The notes: generated by a model from the letters alone, not told the origin. A stretch of DNA of 64,000 nt from an uncultured Gammaproteobacteria bacterium (GCA_964394645.1 CAYMYC010000001.1:359705-423704); one strand, 5' to 3'; positions 38,612 to 48,845 are shown, numbered from the stretch's first letter. Numbers and translations are program-made.

Positions 38612-41600
38612 CAATAGAAATAACTTAACACAAAGTAGGTTACTGTTTTTTTTAGTTGCAGTTTCCATTTTGTTTATACCACTTTATCCGAAGCTTCCAG
38701 CAATCGGGGTAAATAATACGTGGGTATACATAAGGTTTGAAGATTTTCTAATTGCATTTACAACTTTTGTCTTTTTGATACAGTTGTTGAGGAGACGGGT
38801 TCATGTAAGTCGGCCCCTTGGGATTCCAATAGTTGCATACTGGATTGCGGGACTTCTATCTCTTTTAATTAGTATAGTATTTATCGCACCTCATCTTGCA
38901 AATTTTTTTCCTCATGTAGCAATCCTTTCTTATTTGAGAAGAATTGAGTATATGGTGCTTTTCTTTATAGGATACGCAGTTATTAAGGAAGAAAAGGATT
39001 TGAGACGCCTATTTTGGGTATTGGCACTGGCTGCAGGAGTAGCTTTTGTATACGGAATAGGTCAAAGGTATTATATAAACGTATGGGCAGCATTTCCAGA
39101 TTTTTTTCAAAAATACTCATTCTGTTTCCCTTCATTTCAGACTACAAATGAAGAGTTTGCAAAAGGTATTCCGCTTTGTTTGCCATCAGACGGGAGAATA
39201 ACTTCACTCTTTGGAGGGCATTATGATCTTTCAGCATATCTTGTGTTGGTAATTCCAATTATTTTTTCAGTTGCGTTTGCAATGAGGAAAAAAATATATC
39301 AAGCTGTTTTGTTACTTTTAGGCACAGGGCTTATATACCTACTTATACTAACTGCTTCTAGGATATCATTCGGTGCATATATTGTAGGGCTTATTTTTGC
39401 ACTCATATTTATCAGAAAAAAAATGTTTATTGTTCCCATACTTATTATTTCTTTATTTTTTCTTGTAACATCAAGTTCAAGCGTATTGCAGCGTTTTACG
39501 CAAACCTTTAGATTTACAAACCTCGTAATAAACAGTCAGGGTCAGGTAGTCGGTGAAGCAGTGAATAAGTTGCCGGAGCAGTTAAAGAAAAAAATTTCAC
39601 ATGAGCCAATTATTGTGGAGGCTCCACCGCCAACTCAAGAGTTACCTACTGGCTCAAGCTACATTGCTCTTCCCGGGAAAACTGAGTCTACGTCTTCAGC
39701 AGTGCTGAAATCATCACCAAAATTATCAAAAGAGGAAAAAAGCAAATATAAATTTGGTGCTGTTGAGATATCAAACGTTCTGGGTAATTTCTTGATTCAG
39801 AGAGCGCTTGTATATGATATTTCTTTCACAACTAGATTTCAGGGAGAATGGCCGAATACTTGGAATGCTTTTATGAGAAACCCAGTGTTTGGGAGTGGAT
39901 ACGCAACTATCACCTTATCCTCAGATAATAGTTTTCTAAGAGCTTTAGGAGAAGTTGGAGTACTGGGCTTTATTACGTTCTTCTCATTTTTTATTATTTG
40001 GTACATTTATATTAAGAATAACTATAAGGAAGCAGACATATTCACAAGAAATTTTGCTCTTGGTCTATCAGCCGGAGTAATTGGTCTTTTTTTGAATGCT
40101 GTGCTGATTGACGTTTTTGAAGCTTCAAAAGTTGCAGAGTCTATGTGGTTGCTTTTAGGTATAGGAGCAGGAGGAATTGCATTACACGCTAAAAATAAAT
40201 TTTCATATGTTCATGAGTTAAAAAATATACTTTCCTCGGGTCTATTTTTGATGATCTATTTATTGATCTTGTTTTTTATATTCTTGGGACCATCGTTTAA
40301 TAATTTTTTTGTTGGAGACGACTTTACCTGGTTAAGGTGGGCTGCACAATCGGACAATACAACTTTAGTTAAAAACTTCTACGATGCTCAGGGATTTTTC
40401 TTGAGGCCAATTGATAAATTATTAATCTTTATGCAATATACACTTTTTAATTTAAAGCCCTTACCCCATCACCTATTCAATCTTTTTTATAATTTTGGGG
40501 TTACTGTAGCAGTATATTTATTACTTTTTAGGGTATTCAAAAAGAGAAGCATTGCGTTTTTAGGAGCATTTATCTTTTCATTTATACCTTCACACTCACA
40601 AAACTTGTTTTGGATGTCTACAATCTCTACTACTGTCTCCAGTCTCTTTGTCTTGCTTGGGCTCCTCTCTTATTTAACAGCTCGTAGATCGAAAAAAATA
40701 GTCTATTATATTTGCGCGTTTGTTCTTTTTCTGTTATCCGTATTCTCATACGAGAATGCAATTATTTTTATTGGTCTTATGGTTGTTTTTGATTTTTTTA
40801 TTGCGGAGAATAATGATAAGCACCATAAGAAGCAAATATTTTTGCCATATCTTTTTGCCTTAGTAATAGTAGGCTTTTACTTACTGGTTCGAATGAACGC
40901 ACATGCAGCTGGTTTTTCCGGAGATTATAATTACAATCTTTTGAAGTTAATTCCTAACTCAATTGGTAATTATCTAGGATATATTGCCTTATTTTTTGGA
41001 AGTGAGTCGACTCTATCCTCATATACATTTTTAAGAAACTTTATGAAGCAGTATGTTCTGGTACTCAGCTTTATTGGATTTATGTTTATAGCATTTGTCG
41101 CAGGTTTTGTTATAGAGCATAAAGAGAAAATATCTATTTCAAGAGGTAAGAAAATATTTATCTTCGGCTTTATTTTTTCAGTTATCGCGCTGCTTCCATA
41201 TTTGCCCTTGGGTAACATTACTCTACGGTATCTTTACCTTCCGTCTTTTGGTTTTGTAGTGATGATACTAGCGGTTTTTGACTTTCTGTTTTCAAAAATC
41301 ACTACAAGGAAATGGTTTATGGTAGCCTATGGTTTAGTAATTATAGTACTCGGGATAACTTTCTATAGTGGTTTAACACGTGCAGAGCAGTATTGGGATC
41401 AAGCTTCAAAAATTACTTATGACACGCTAGTTCGATTCAGACTAGATTTTGATCTTAAAAATAATACGAATCTTTATTTCTATAATGTTCCTATTAAAAA
41501 TGGTGAGGCGTATATATTTCCTGTGGGTCTTCCAGATGCAATCTATTTTGTTAATACTGATAAATCTGTAAAGGTGTATCAAGTTAAGGATAGAAAGACA

Positions 41601-41708
41601 GCTGAAATCTTGAGAGACGCCACTTCTGCAAAAGTACTGCATACAGGGATATTTACTTTTGACAAAAATAAGATGTTAGATCTTATAGAGTACTCGAGTA
41701 AAGAATAA
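38586..41708 (+). CDS. fusion protein: Wzy/O-antigen-ligase-like (Wzy_C) N-terminal domain plus GT-C-like C-terminal membrane domain
   Basis: 1040 aa. The N-terminal half is multi-TM with a periplasmic loop carrying 'RNPVFGSGYATI...DNSFLRALGEVGVLG', a Wzy_C/WaaL-like motif, around nt 39880..39960. The C-terminal half is about 12 more TM helices with a 'VGDDFTWLRW' acidic loop motif. Confidence 0.5.
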   Translation: MKKLLKRLSNRNNLTQSRLLFFLVAVSILFIPLYPKLPAIGVNNTWVYIRFEDFLIAFTTFVFLIQLLRRRVHVSRPLGIPIVAYWIAGLLSLLISIVFIAPHLANFFPHVAILSYLRRIEYMVLFFIGYAVIKEEKDLRRLFWVLALAAGVAFVYGIGQRYYINVWAAFPDFFQKYSFCFPSFQTTNEEFAKGIPLCLPSDGRITSLFGGHYDLSAYLVLVIPIIFSVAFAMRKKIYQAVLLLLGTGLIYLLILTASRISFGAYIVGLIFALIFIRKKMFIVPILIISLFFLVTSSSSVLQRFTQTFRFTNLVINSQGQVVGEAVNKLPEQLKKKISHEPIIVEAPPPTQELPTGSSYIALPGKTESTSSAVLKSSPKLSKEEKSKYKFGAVEISNVLGNFLIQRALVYDISFTTRFQGEWPNTWNAFMRNPVFGSGYATITLSSDNSFLRALGEVGVLGFITFFSFFIIWYIYIKNNYKEADIFTRNFALGLSAGVIGLFLNAVLIDVFEASKVAESMWLLLGIGAGGIALHAKNKFSYVHELKNILSSGLFLMIYLLILFFIFLGPSFNNFFVGDDFTWLRWAAQSDNTTLVKNFYDAQGFFLRPIDKLLIFMQYTLFNLKPLPHHLFNLFYNFGVTVAVYLLLFRVFKKRSIAFLGAFIFSFIPSHSQNLFWMSTISTTVSSLFVLLGLLSYLTARRSKKIVYYICAFVLFLLSVFSYENAIIFIGLMVVFDFFIAENNDKHHKKQIFLPYLFALVIVGFYLLVRMNAHAAGFSGDYNYNLLKLIPNSIGNYLGYIALFFGSESTLSSYTFLRNFMKQYVLVLSFIGFMFIAFVAGFVIEHKEKISISRGKKIFIFGFIFSVIALLPYLPLGNITLRYLYLPSFGFVVMILAVFDFLFSKITTRKWFMVAYGLVIIVLGITFYSGLTRAEQYWDQASKITYDTLVRFRLDFDLKNNTNLYFYNVPIKNGEAYIFPVGLPDAIYFVNTDKSVKVYQVKDRKTAEILRDATSAKVLHTGIFTFDKNKMLDLIEYSSKE

Positions 41709-41709
41709 T

Positions 41710-43164
41710 ATGATAAAAAAAATAGAACTTGCAATTTTTGTATTTATACTTATTCTGGCATTTGTGTTAAGGTTGTACCGTTTTGATAATCCCATTGGTG
41801 ACTGGCATGCGTTCCGGCAAGCAGATACCTCAGCCGTTGCGAAAGTCTATGTTTCAAATGGAATAAACCTTTTATCACCAAAATATTTTGACATATCAAA
41901 TATTCAATCTGGGAAAGATAACCCTGAGGGGTATAGATTTGTTGAATTTCCCGTAATGAGTGCTATTCAGGCAAGTACATTCATGTATATAGGGGTATTG
42001 AGTCTTGAGGAGTGGGGAAGACTGATTACTATCTTGTCGTCCTTGGGAAGTCTAACCTTTATATATTTACTTGTTCGTAGGCACCTTGATCCTGTTTCTG
42101 GCTTGTTTTCAGCCTTTTTTTATGCCATTCTTCCTTATTCAATTTTTTATGGACGTGTGATACTTCCAGATCCCGCTTGCGCTTGTGCTATTCTTGGCGG
42201 GATATATTTTTTTGATGTTGCAATGTCATATAAAAAACATAAGATGCTTTTGCTGAATATATTTTTCTGGCTTGCTCTTGTTTTTACAGCTATATCATTT
42301 TTATTAAAGCCTTTTGCGTTATTTTTTACCTTACCTATGTTTATTCTTGCATGGAAGAGGTACGGTTTTAGGGTTTTTCTTCGATGGGAGTTGTATATCT
42401 TTGCTTTTTTATCAATTCTTCCGCTTGTGCTTTGGAGGATTTGGATAACTCAACATCCCGAAGGGATACCAGTATCAAACTGGTTATTTAATGAAGGTGG
42501 CATACGATTTACCGGTGCGTTTTTTCACTGGATATTAGCAGAAAGAGTAGCAAAGCTTATACTTGGGTACTTCGGGATTGTTCTTTTATTGTTAGGTCTA
42601 TTTAAAAGAAATGAAAAAAACTATTTGTTTTTCTTGTCATTCTTAGTTTCATCAATTATCTATGTAATTGTAATCGCACGAGGAAATGTTCAGCATGACT
42701 ATTATCAAATATTAATATTGCCTACAATATGTATTTTCCTAGGAAGGGGAGCGACCTATTTACTGTCCATTCCCGTGAAGACAGGTGAGAATATTGGGAT
42801 AAACACATTCATTTCATTATTTACGCTCACAGTAATAATTATCCTTTCTTTTATGCTCTCCTGGTATCATGTTCGTGATTATTTTAATATTAATAACAGG
42901 GGGCTAATTAATGCTGGAATTGTTGCTGATAAGCTGCTGCCGAAAAATGCAAAAGTAATAGCGGCAAACGATGGAGACACTTCATTTTTGTATTATATAA
43001 ATAGAAAAGGGTGGCCTGCATATGAAAAAAGCGTAGAGGGCTTGCAGGAGTTAGGTGCAACTCACATAGTCGTTCCAAGCCCAACTGAAAATGACATTAA
43101 AGGTTTAGGAACGATTTACAAGCGTTTGTATACGTCGAAAGATGTATTGATTCTTAAATTATGA
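41710..43164 (+). CDS. polytopic membrane protein, GT-C-fold-like candidate
   Basis: 484 aa, about 11 TM helices. Loop 'WHAFRQADTSAVAKVY'. C-terminal soluble domain. Confidence 0.4.
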   Translation: MIKKIELAIFVFILILAFVLRLYRFDNPIGDWHAFRQADTSAVAKVYVSNGINLLSPKYFDISNIQSGKDNPEGYRFVEFPVMSAIQASTFMYIGVLSLEEWGRLITILSSLGSLTFIYLLVRRHLDPVSGLFSAFFYAILPYSIFYGRVILPDPACACAILGGIYFFDVAMSYKKHKMLLLNIFFWLALVFTAISFLLKPFALFFTLPMFILAWKRYGFRVFLRWELYIFAFLSILPLVLWRIWITQHPEGIPVSNWLFNEGGIRFTGAFFHWILAERVAKLILGYFGIVLLLLGLFKRNEKNYLFFLSFLVSSIIYVIVIARGNVQHDYYQILILPTICIFLGRGATYLLSIPVKTGENIGINTFISLFTLTVIIILSFMLSWYHVRDYFNINNRGLINAGIVADKLLPKNAKVIAANDGDTSFLYYINRKGWPAYEKSVEGLQELGATHIVVPSPTENDIKGLGTIYKRLYTSKDVLILKL

Positions 43165-44333
43165 AGCTATTAATCCTAACATATGATTTTCCTTATCCTA
43201 TTACAAGTGGGGGTAAGAGTAGGATATACAACCTTATAAAGTTTCTAAAGAAAAAAGATACAGAAATTTATTTATTATCTTTTATTCGCGATACATACAA
43301 AAAAAAATATGACGATTCAATTTTAAATATAGGAGTATCAGAAATATTCCACTTTAAAAGAAAAAAGGTAATATCCCCATCTATAATTATGAAGACTTCG
43401 TTTTCATCAGGATCTGTGTTTAAAGCTTTATATAAGGATCAAAGAGTTGAAAAAAAAATAATGCAGATAATTTGCGAAAAAGATATAGATGTTATTCTAT
43501 TTGAGTCTTTTTATACGTCATTCTTTATATCTGAAGAAATAAAAAGAATGAACGTAAAACAGATTTTTGGCACAGAAAATATTGAGCATATTCTCTATCA
43601 GGATTTTGCACTACAGAAATCAAGAATTGCAAAAGGCTTGTACATGTCTCAAGTTAAAAAAATCAAAAAAGAGGAAGAGATTGCTTATAATAAGTCAGAC
43701 TTAGTTCTTGCTATTACGGAAGAAGAAAAAAACAATATTTCTAAAAAGACAAAGACAAATATAGAGGTTATTCCAAATGGAGTTGATAGTTCTTCTCTAT
43801 CTTTCAAATCTCATTTTTCTGGCGGAAAGAAACTTTTATTCGTAGGAAATTTTTCTTATTTTCCAAATATTGATGCAATGGATTTCTTCTATAAAAATGT
43901 TTTTTTAAATATTCCTGACGCAACACTTACCGTTGTAGGAAGAAGTCAAAATAAATTACCATTTCTAATCTCTGACAGTAGAATTCGTAATATAGAATAT
44001 ATTGAGGATATTGCAAGCGTGTATTATGATTCTGATATATTCGTTTTTCCAGTTCGTTTTGGGGGTGGAACTAATTTCAAAGTACTAGAGGCAGCGAGCT
44101 GTGGCACCCCTATTATTGCAATTCCTAACCGTGTAAAGGGTTTAGGTTTTATTGCCGATACTCACTATGTTGAAGCATCATCTCCTGTAGATTTTATGAG
44201 GGGTATACGGAGATTGTCGGAGGAGAGAGAATTACAGAGGAAAATAACAAAAAACGCACGTACTTTAATAGAGAAGGATTATGACTGGAAAAAAATAGGA
44301 GAAAAACTGGGGGAGATTTTCCATAGTATATAA
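43161..44333 (+). CDS. family 4-like glycosyltransferase
   Basis: 'FPVRFGGGTNFKVLEAASCGTPIIAIPN'. Confidence 0.65.
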   Translation: MKLLILTYDFPYPITSGGKSRIYNLIKFLKKKDTEIYLLSFIRDTYKKKYDDSILNIGVSEIFHFKRKKVISPSIIMKTSFSSGSVFKALYKDQRVEKKIMQIICEKDIDVILFESFYTSFFISEEIKRMNVKQIFGTENIEHILYQDFALQKSRIAKGLYMSQVKKIKKEEEIAYNKSDLVLAITEEEKNNISKKTKTNIEVIPNGVDSSSLSFKSHFSGGKKLLFVGNFSYFPNIDAMDFFYKNVFLNIPDATLTVVGRSQNKLPFLISDSRIRNIEYIEDIASVYYDSDIFVFPVRFGGGTNFKVLEAASCGTPIIAIPNRVKGLGFIADTHYVEASSPVDFMRGIRRLSEERELQRKITKNARTLIEKDYDWKKIGEKLGEIFHSI

Positions 44334-44361
44334 AGAAGGCAATAGCCTCTATGAAGACACA

Positions 44362-45273
44362 ATGAAAACAATAGATTTATCAATTATTACTGTTGCGTTT
44401 AATTCCCAGAACGAGATTAAGAAATGGGTAGAAGTAATCGATAGAACTGTCAGCAAATATTCATTTGAGATGATTATATCCGATAACAGTCCGAATGAAG
44501 CAACTGAAAAAGTAGTGGTAGAGCTTCAGAAAAAGCACCCTGAGTTAATTTACATACATAATCATGATAATCTTGGTTTTTCTCGAGCGAATAACGTAGC
44601 AATAAGAAAAGCAAAAGGAAAATACCTGCTATTCTTGAACCCGGATATGGAAGTAGGTGAGGGTGCAATTGATGGGGCTTTATCATTCCTTTTGGCACAT
44701 AGCGATGCAGGTTCTGTAACTCCTGCTGTTTATCTTCCGAACGGTATGCTTGATGACTCATGTCATCGCGGATTTCCTACTCCATGGAATTCTTTCACTT
44801 ATTTTTCAGGATTGTCCAGAAAATTTCCAAAAATTAAACTTCTTGCAGGGTATAACATGACGTATCTGGATTTCACAAAAGAACATACGATAGATTCGCT
44901 GGCTGGTTCTTTTCTTATTATTTCAAGAGATTTAGGTGAAAAATTAAAATGGTGGGATGATGATTATTTTTTTTATGGAGAAGATATAGATTTTTGTTAC
45001 AGAATAAATAAGGCAGGGTATAAGATTTATTATCTTCCACAGTATAAGGCGCTTCACTATAAAGGAATGTCATCGGGGATTAAGGATATTTCTAGGCAAG
45101 AGTCAAAAGCTACAAATGAAACTAAGATATGGGCTACTAACCAAAGATTTAAAGCAATGGAAATTTTTTATAAAAAACACTATGAAAGAAGATATCCATG
45201 GGCACTAAATAAATTAGTATTTATTGCGATAAAAATAAAACACAAGATGGCTCTTAAAAATTTAAACGGTTAA
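44362..45273 (+). CDS. family 2 glycosyltransferase
   Basis: 'LSIITVAFNSQNEI', 'MIISDNSPNEAT', 'YGEDIDFCYR'. Confidence 0.7.
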   Translation: MKTIDLSIITVAFNSQNEIKKWVEVIDRTVSKYSFEMIISDNSPNEATEKVVVELQKKHPELIYIHNHDNLGFSRANNVAIRKAKGKYLLFLNPDMEVGEGAIDGALSFLLAHSDAGSVTPAVYLPNGMLDDSCHRGFPTPWNSFTYFSGLSRKFPKIKLLAGYNMTYLDFTKEHTIDSLAGSFLIISRDLGEKLKWWDDDYFFYGEDIDFCYRINKAGYKIYYLPQYKALHYKGMSSGIKDISRQESKATNETKIWATNQRFKAMEIFYKKHYERRYPWALNKLVFIAIKIKHKMALKNLNG

Positions 45274-45424
45274 ATGCTAACGGGTACTCAGTTGGTAGTA
45301 ATAGTTATTATATATTTTAAGGGTTTGTAACAGCAACTTCGATTAATAATATCTTCATGGTAAATTTTTAATCGCCATTACTTAGTTTGTTGATTAATTC
45401 AATCAAATCAAGGATAATGGTGGA

Positions 45425-46579
45425 ATGATAGATGAGGGAATAATTCAAAAAATAGGTATCGATATAAGGTTATGGAATGAGACTGGAATCGGACGATATA
45501 TACGAAATTTAATTTTTGAGTTAGCCAAAATTGAACAAAAAAACAAATACGTTTTATTCGCAAGACCAGATGATATACCAGAAATTAACAGATTAAGTAA
45601 CATAAGTGAGGCAAAGGAAAAATTTATTATTATTCCGACAAGCATTAAATGGCACTCAATACAGGAGCAAGTAGAATTTCCTAGGATTTTGATGAAATAT
45701 AAGTTAGATTTAATGCATTTCCCATATTTTTCTGTACCAGTTTTTTATAGAAGATCATTTGTTGTAACTGTTCATGATTTGATTATTAATCATTTCCCAA
45801 CTGGACGTGCAACCACACTCCCGTTGCCTCTATATAGAATAAAACGTGTCGGATATGAACTTATTTTAAAGTCTGCGGTTTCAGGCGCTAAAAAAATTAT
45901 TGTACCATCAGAAGCAACGAGGCGTGAATTAGTTGAACACTACCAGATAAAGGAAGATAAGATTATTGTAACCCAGGAAGGAATTGATGAAAACATAAAT
46001 TCTTTCACTCCTGTAGTATTTAAAGATAAACACCCATATTTTCTTTATGTGGGGAATGTATATCCTCACAAAAATATTGAAGTAATGCTTGAAGCATTTA
46101 AGATATTTTCAATACAGCATCCAGGTGTCGTAATCAAATTAGTCGGAAAACAGGACTATTTTTATAAACGATTAAGAATGTATGTAGAAAAACACAAGAT
46201 ATCTCACGTTGAATTTATGGGGTATGTAGATGATTCTAAGTTGTCCAATCTTTATTCAAATGCTGTAGCTACAGTTATTCCTTCTCTTATGGAGGGTTTC
46301 GGTTTGACTGCGTTGGAGGCAATGAAAATGAAATCTTTAGTAGTTGTTTCAAAAATTCCTTCACTTCAGGAAGTATGCGGTAAGAATGCAATATATTTTG
46401 ACCCGAATGATACTTTAAGTATTGTGGATGCCATGAATATTTCACTAAATCTTAAAAGTGAAGATAAGAAGAAGATGTTAAGCAGTGCAATGGAGCATTC
46501 AGAAACATTTACCTGGGAAAAAATGGCTAAGCAAACGATTGCAGTATACGATTCCTGCCTCAAAAAGCATAAGATATAA
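45425..46579 (+). CDS. family 4 glycosyltransferase
   Basis: 'PSLMEGFGLTALEAMKMKSLVVVS'. Confidence 0.75.
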   Translation: MIDEGIIQKIGIDIRLWNETGIGRYIRNLIFELAKIEQKNKYVLFARPDDIPEINRLSNISEAKEKFIIIPTSIKWHSIQEQVEFPRILMKYKLDLMHFPYFSVPVFYRRSFVVTVHDLIINHFPTGRATTLPLPLYRIKRVGYELILKSAVSGAKKIIVPSEATRRELVEHYQIKEDKIIVTQEGIDENINSFTPVVFKDKHPYFLYVGNVYPHKNIEVMLEAFKIFSIQHPGVVIKLVGKQDYFYKRLRMYVEKHKISHVEFMGYVDDSKLSNLYSNAVATVIPSLMEGFGLTALEAMKMKSLVVVSKIPSLQEVCGKNAIYFDPNDTLSIVDAMNISLNLKSEDKKKMLSSAMEHSETFTWEKMAKQTIAVYDSCLKKHKI

Positions 46580-46596
46580 GAAAAATTTAAGATCAA

Positions 46597-46612
46597 AACC
46601 TAAGCTTAGGTT
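46597..46612. promoter_or_regulatory. perfect 16-bp palindrome AACCTAAGCTTAGGTT (operator or weak terminator)
   Basis: Exact inverted repeat 18 nt after the stop of GT4 45425..46579 and 54 nt before the start of GT4 46666. Abuts a TTGAGA hexamer. Confidence 0.3.
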
Positions 46613-46665
46613 GAGATATTGGTTATTCCAATAGTATGTGATCTCTATTATACTCGAACGATAGT

Positions 46666-47766
46666 ATGAAAGTAGCTTTAGTATACGATCGGATAAATAA
46701 ATGGGGAGGGGCTGAACGGTTATTGCTTCTCTTGCATGAGATTTTCCCTAATGCTCCAGTATTCACTTCTGTATATGATCCCCATGCTGCACCCTGGGCT
46801 AAAAATCTTGATATTAGAACTTCATTTTTAGAGCACATTCCGTATGCACGAAGACATCACGAATTTTTTGCCCTTTTTATGCCTTTGGCTTTCGAGTCAT
46901 TTCAGTTTGATGAATTTGATTTAGTAATTTCTCTTAGTTCAGAGGCGGCAAAAGGGATAATTACACCTCCCCACACAAAACATATATGTATATGCTTAAC
47001 ACCAACAAGGTATTTATGGAGCGAATACGATTTATATTTTGCAAACGAACCATTACGAACTCTGTCTTTACCTTTAGTTTGGTATTTAAGGAGATGGGAT
47101 TTAGTAGCTTCATCAAGACCGGACTTTTATATTGCAATTTCACAAACGGTCAGTGATAGGATAAAAAAATATTATAATAAAAATTCAAGTGTTATTTATC
47201 CACCCTTGCTTCTTGATAGCAATAAAGAAGAAGCGCAGATGACTAGTCGTAATTATTTTCTTGTCGTATCTCGTTTGTCTCGTTTTACACCTCAGAAGCG
47301 GGTTGAACTTGCCATAAAAGCTGCAAATAAGCTAAAGTTACCGTTAGTAGTTGTTGGAGATGGAGATGTAGCTCATTTTAAACATATTGCAGGCAAAACC
47401 GTATCTATTGTAGGTAAGGCGACTGATTATGAGTTGGCTAATTATTATAAAAATTGTATAGCTCTTATATTTCCGGGTGTGGAGGATTTTGGTTTAGTGA
47501 TGGTTGAAGCTCAAAGTTTTGGTAGACCTGTGATAGCATTTAAGCAAGGTGGAGCTTTGGAGATTATTCAGGAAGGTAAGACTGGAGACTTTTTTGATAA
47601 ACCTACTATTTCTTCTCTTGTCAATACGTTGAAATTGTTTGACAAGAGAAGATATAATAGTAAAGATTGTGTTATAAATGCAGCTAGATTTAATAAAGAC
47701 ACATTTATAAATCAAATACATATGTCAATTCAAAAATTAAAAGTAATGGAGGATGAAGAAAATTGA
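46666..47766 (+). CDS. family 4 glycosyltransferase
   Basis: 'FPGVEDFGLVMVEAQSFGRPVIAFKQGGALEII'. Confidence 0.75.
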   Translation: MKVALVYDRINKWGGAERLLLLLHEIFPNAPVFTSVYDPHAAPWAKNLDIRTSFLEHIPYARRHHEFFALFMPLAFESFQFDEFDLVISLSSEAAKGIITPPHTKHICICLTPTRYLWSEYDLYFANEPLRTLSLPLVWYLRRWDLVASSRPDFYIAISQTVSDRIKKYYNKNSSVIYPPLLLDSNKEEAQMTSRNYFLVVSRLSRFTPQKRVELAIKAANKLKLPLVVVGDGDVAHFKHIAGKTVSIVGKATDYELANYYKNCIALIFPGVEDFGLVMVEAQSFGRPVIAFKQGGALEIIQEGKTGDFFDKPTISSLVNTLKLFDKRRYNSKDCVINAARFNKDTFINQIHMSIQKLKVMEDEEN

Positions 47767-48845
47767 AAGCAGTAATATTTGCTGGTGGAGTAGGAACGAG
47801 ATTGTGGCCATTATCACGTAAGAATAGTCCAAAACAATTTGAGAAAATTATAGGTGAGAATTCCACACTTCAAGAGACTGTGCAAAGATTACTTCCCGAG
47901 CTATCCCATAAAGATATTTTTATTGCGACAGGAAAACGATACGAAGAAATAATTAAGGGACAATTGTCAGATATACCTCATGAAAACTTTATATTTGAGC
48001 CTGAGATGAGAGATGTTGGTCCTGCGATAGGATTAGTTGCTGCAATGTTGGCTGAAAAATTTCCCGATGAACCGATTGCGATATTGTGGAGTGATCATAT
48101 GGTAAAGAATGTGGAAGCCTTTAAGAGCGCACTTTCTTTTGCCGAACAAGCAATAAAAGATGATGAATCAAAATTTGTTTTTATAGCACAAAAACCACGA
48201 TTTCCAAACCAGAATATGGGATGGATTGAGGTGGGTGATGAGTTAAGCGAAGAAAAAAATATTAAAGCTTTTTTATTTAAAGGCTTTAAGTATAGACCAA
48301 CACTTGAAGAAGCATCCCAATTTTTTAAAAGTGAAAAATTTTATTGGAATCTCGGATATTTTGTGACAACCCCTTCATATCTCCTATCACTTTTTAAAGA
48401 CTTTGCTCCAGACGTATACTCAACACTAATTACCATAAGAGAAGCAAAAAGAAATTCAAATTTTGAAACCGTATTGCAAGAGAACTATAGTAAATTAGAA
48501 AAGATTAGTTTTGACGATCTAATACTGATGAAGATACCACCTGCGGGTTTGGAGGTAGTTGCTTGCGATTTGGGTTGGAGTGATATAGGAGCTTGGGAGT
48601 CGTTGAAAGAGGCATTAGCAGAGCATATAGATGAGAATGTTACAAAAGGAAACGTTATATTAAAAGATTCGCGTGATTCTTTAGTTTATAATTATACAAA
48701 TCAAATGGTCGTAGGAATTGATTTAGATGAGCTACTGGTTGTAAATACGCAAGATGTAGTATTAATATGTCCCAAAAGATCAGTTCCTAAGATAAAAAAA
48801 CTTGTCGAGAGTTTGTCCGATACAGAACACGAGCACCTAACTTAA
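47763..48845 (+). CDS. mannose-1-phosphate guanylyltransferase-like sugar nucleotidyltransferase
   Basis: 'MKAVIFAGGVGTRLWPLSRKNSPKQF' nucleotidyltransferase signature. 360 aa, ManC-like length. Confidence 0.65.
   Translation: MKAVIFAGGVGTRLWPLSRKNSPKQFEKIIGENSTLQETVQRLLPELSHKDIFIATGKRYEEIIKGQLSDIPHENFIFEPEMRDVGPAIGLVAAMLAEKFPDEPIAILWSDHMVKNVEAFKSALSFAEQAIKDDESKFVFIAQKPRFPNQNMGWIEVGDELSEEKNIKAFLFKGFKYRPTLEEASQFFKSEKFYWNLGYFVTTPSYLLSLFKDFAPDVYSTLITIREAKRNSNFETVLQENYSKLEKISFDDLILMKIPPAGLEVVACDLGWSDIGAWESLKEALAEHIDENVTKGNVILKDSRDSLVYNYTNQMVVGIDLDELLVVNTQDVVLICPKRSVPKIKKLVESLSDTEHEHLT

Noticed and set aside
45281-45301. tRNA-like D-loop string 'GGTACTCAGTTGGTAGTA' (contains AGTTGGTA) in the 151-nt spacer before GT4 45425
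   Set aside because: I tried to thread a cloverleaf around it. No 4-bp D-stem, no U8, no credible anticodon or T-arm (the downstream 'CTTCGATT' has no flanking stem). It is not a tRNA gene. At most it is a degenerate remnant.
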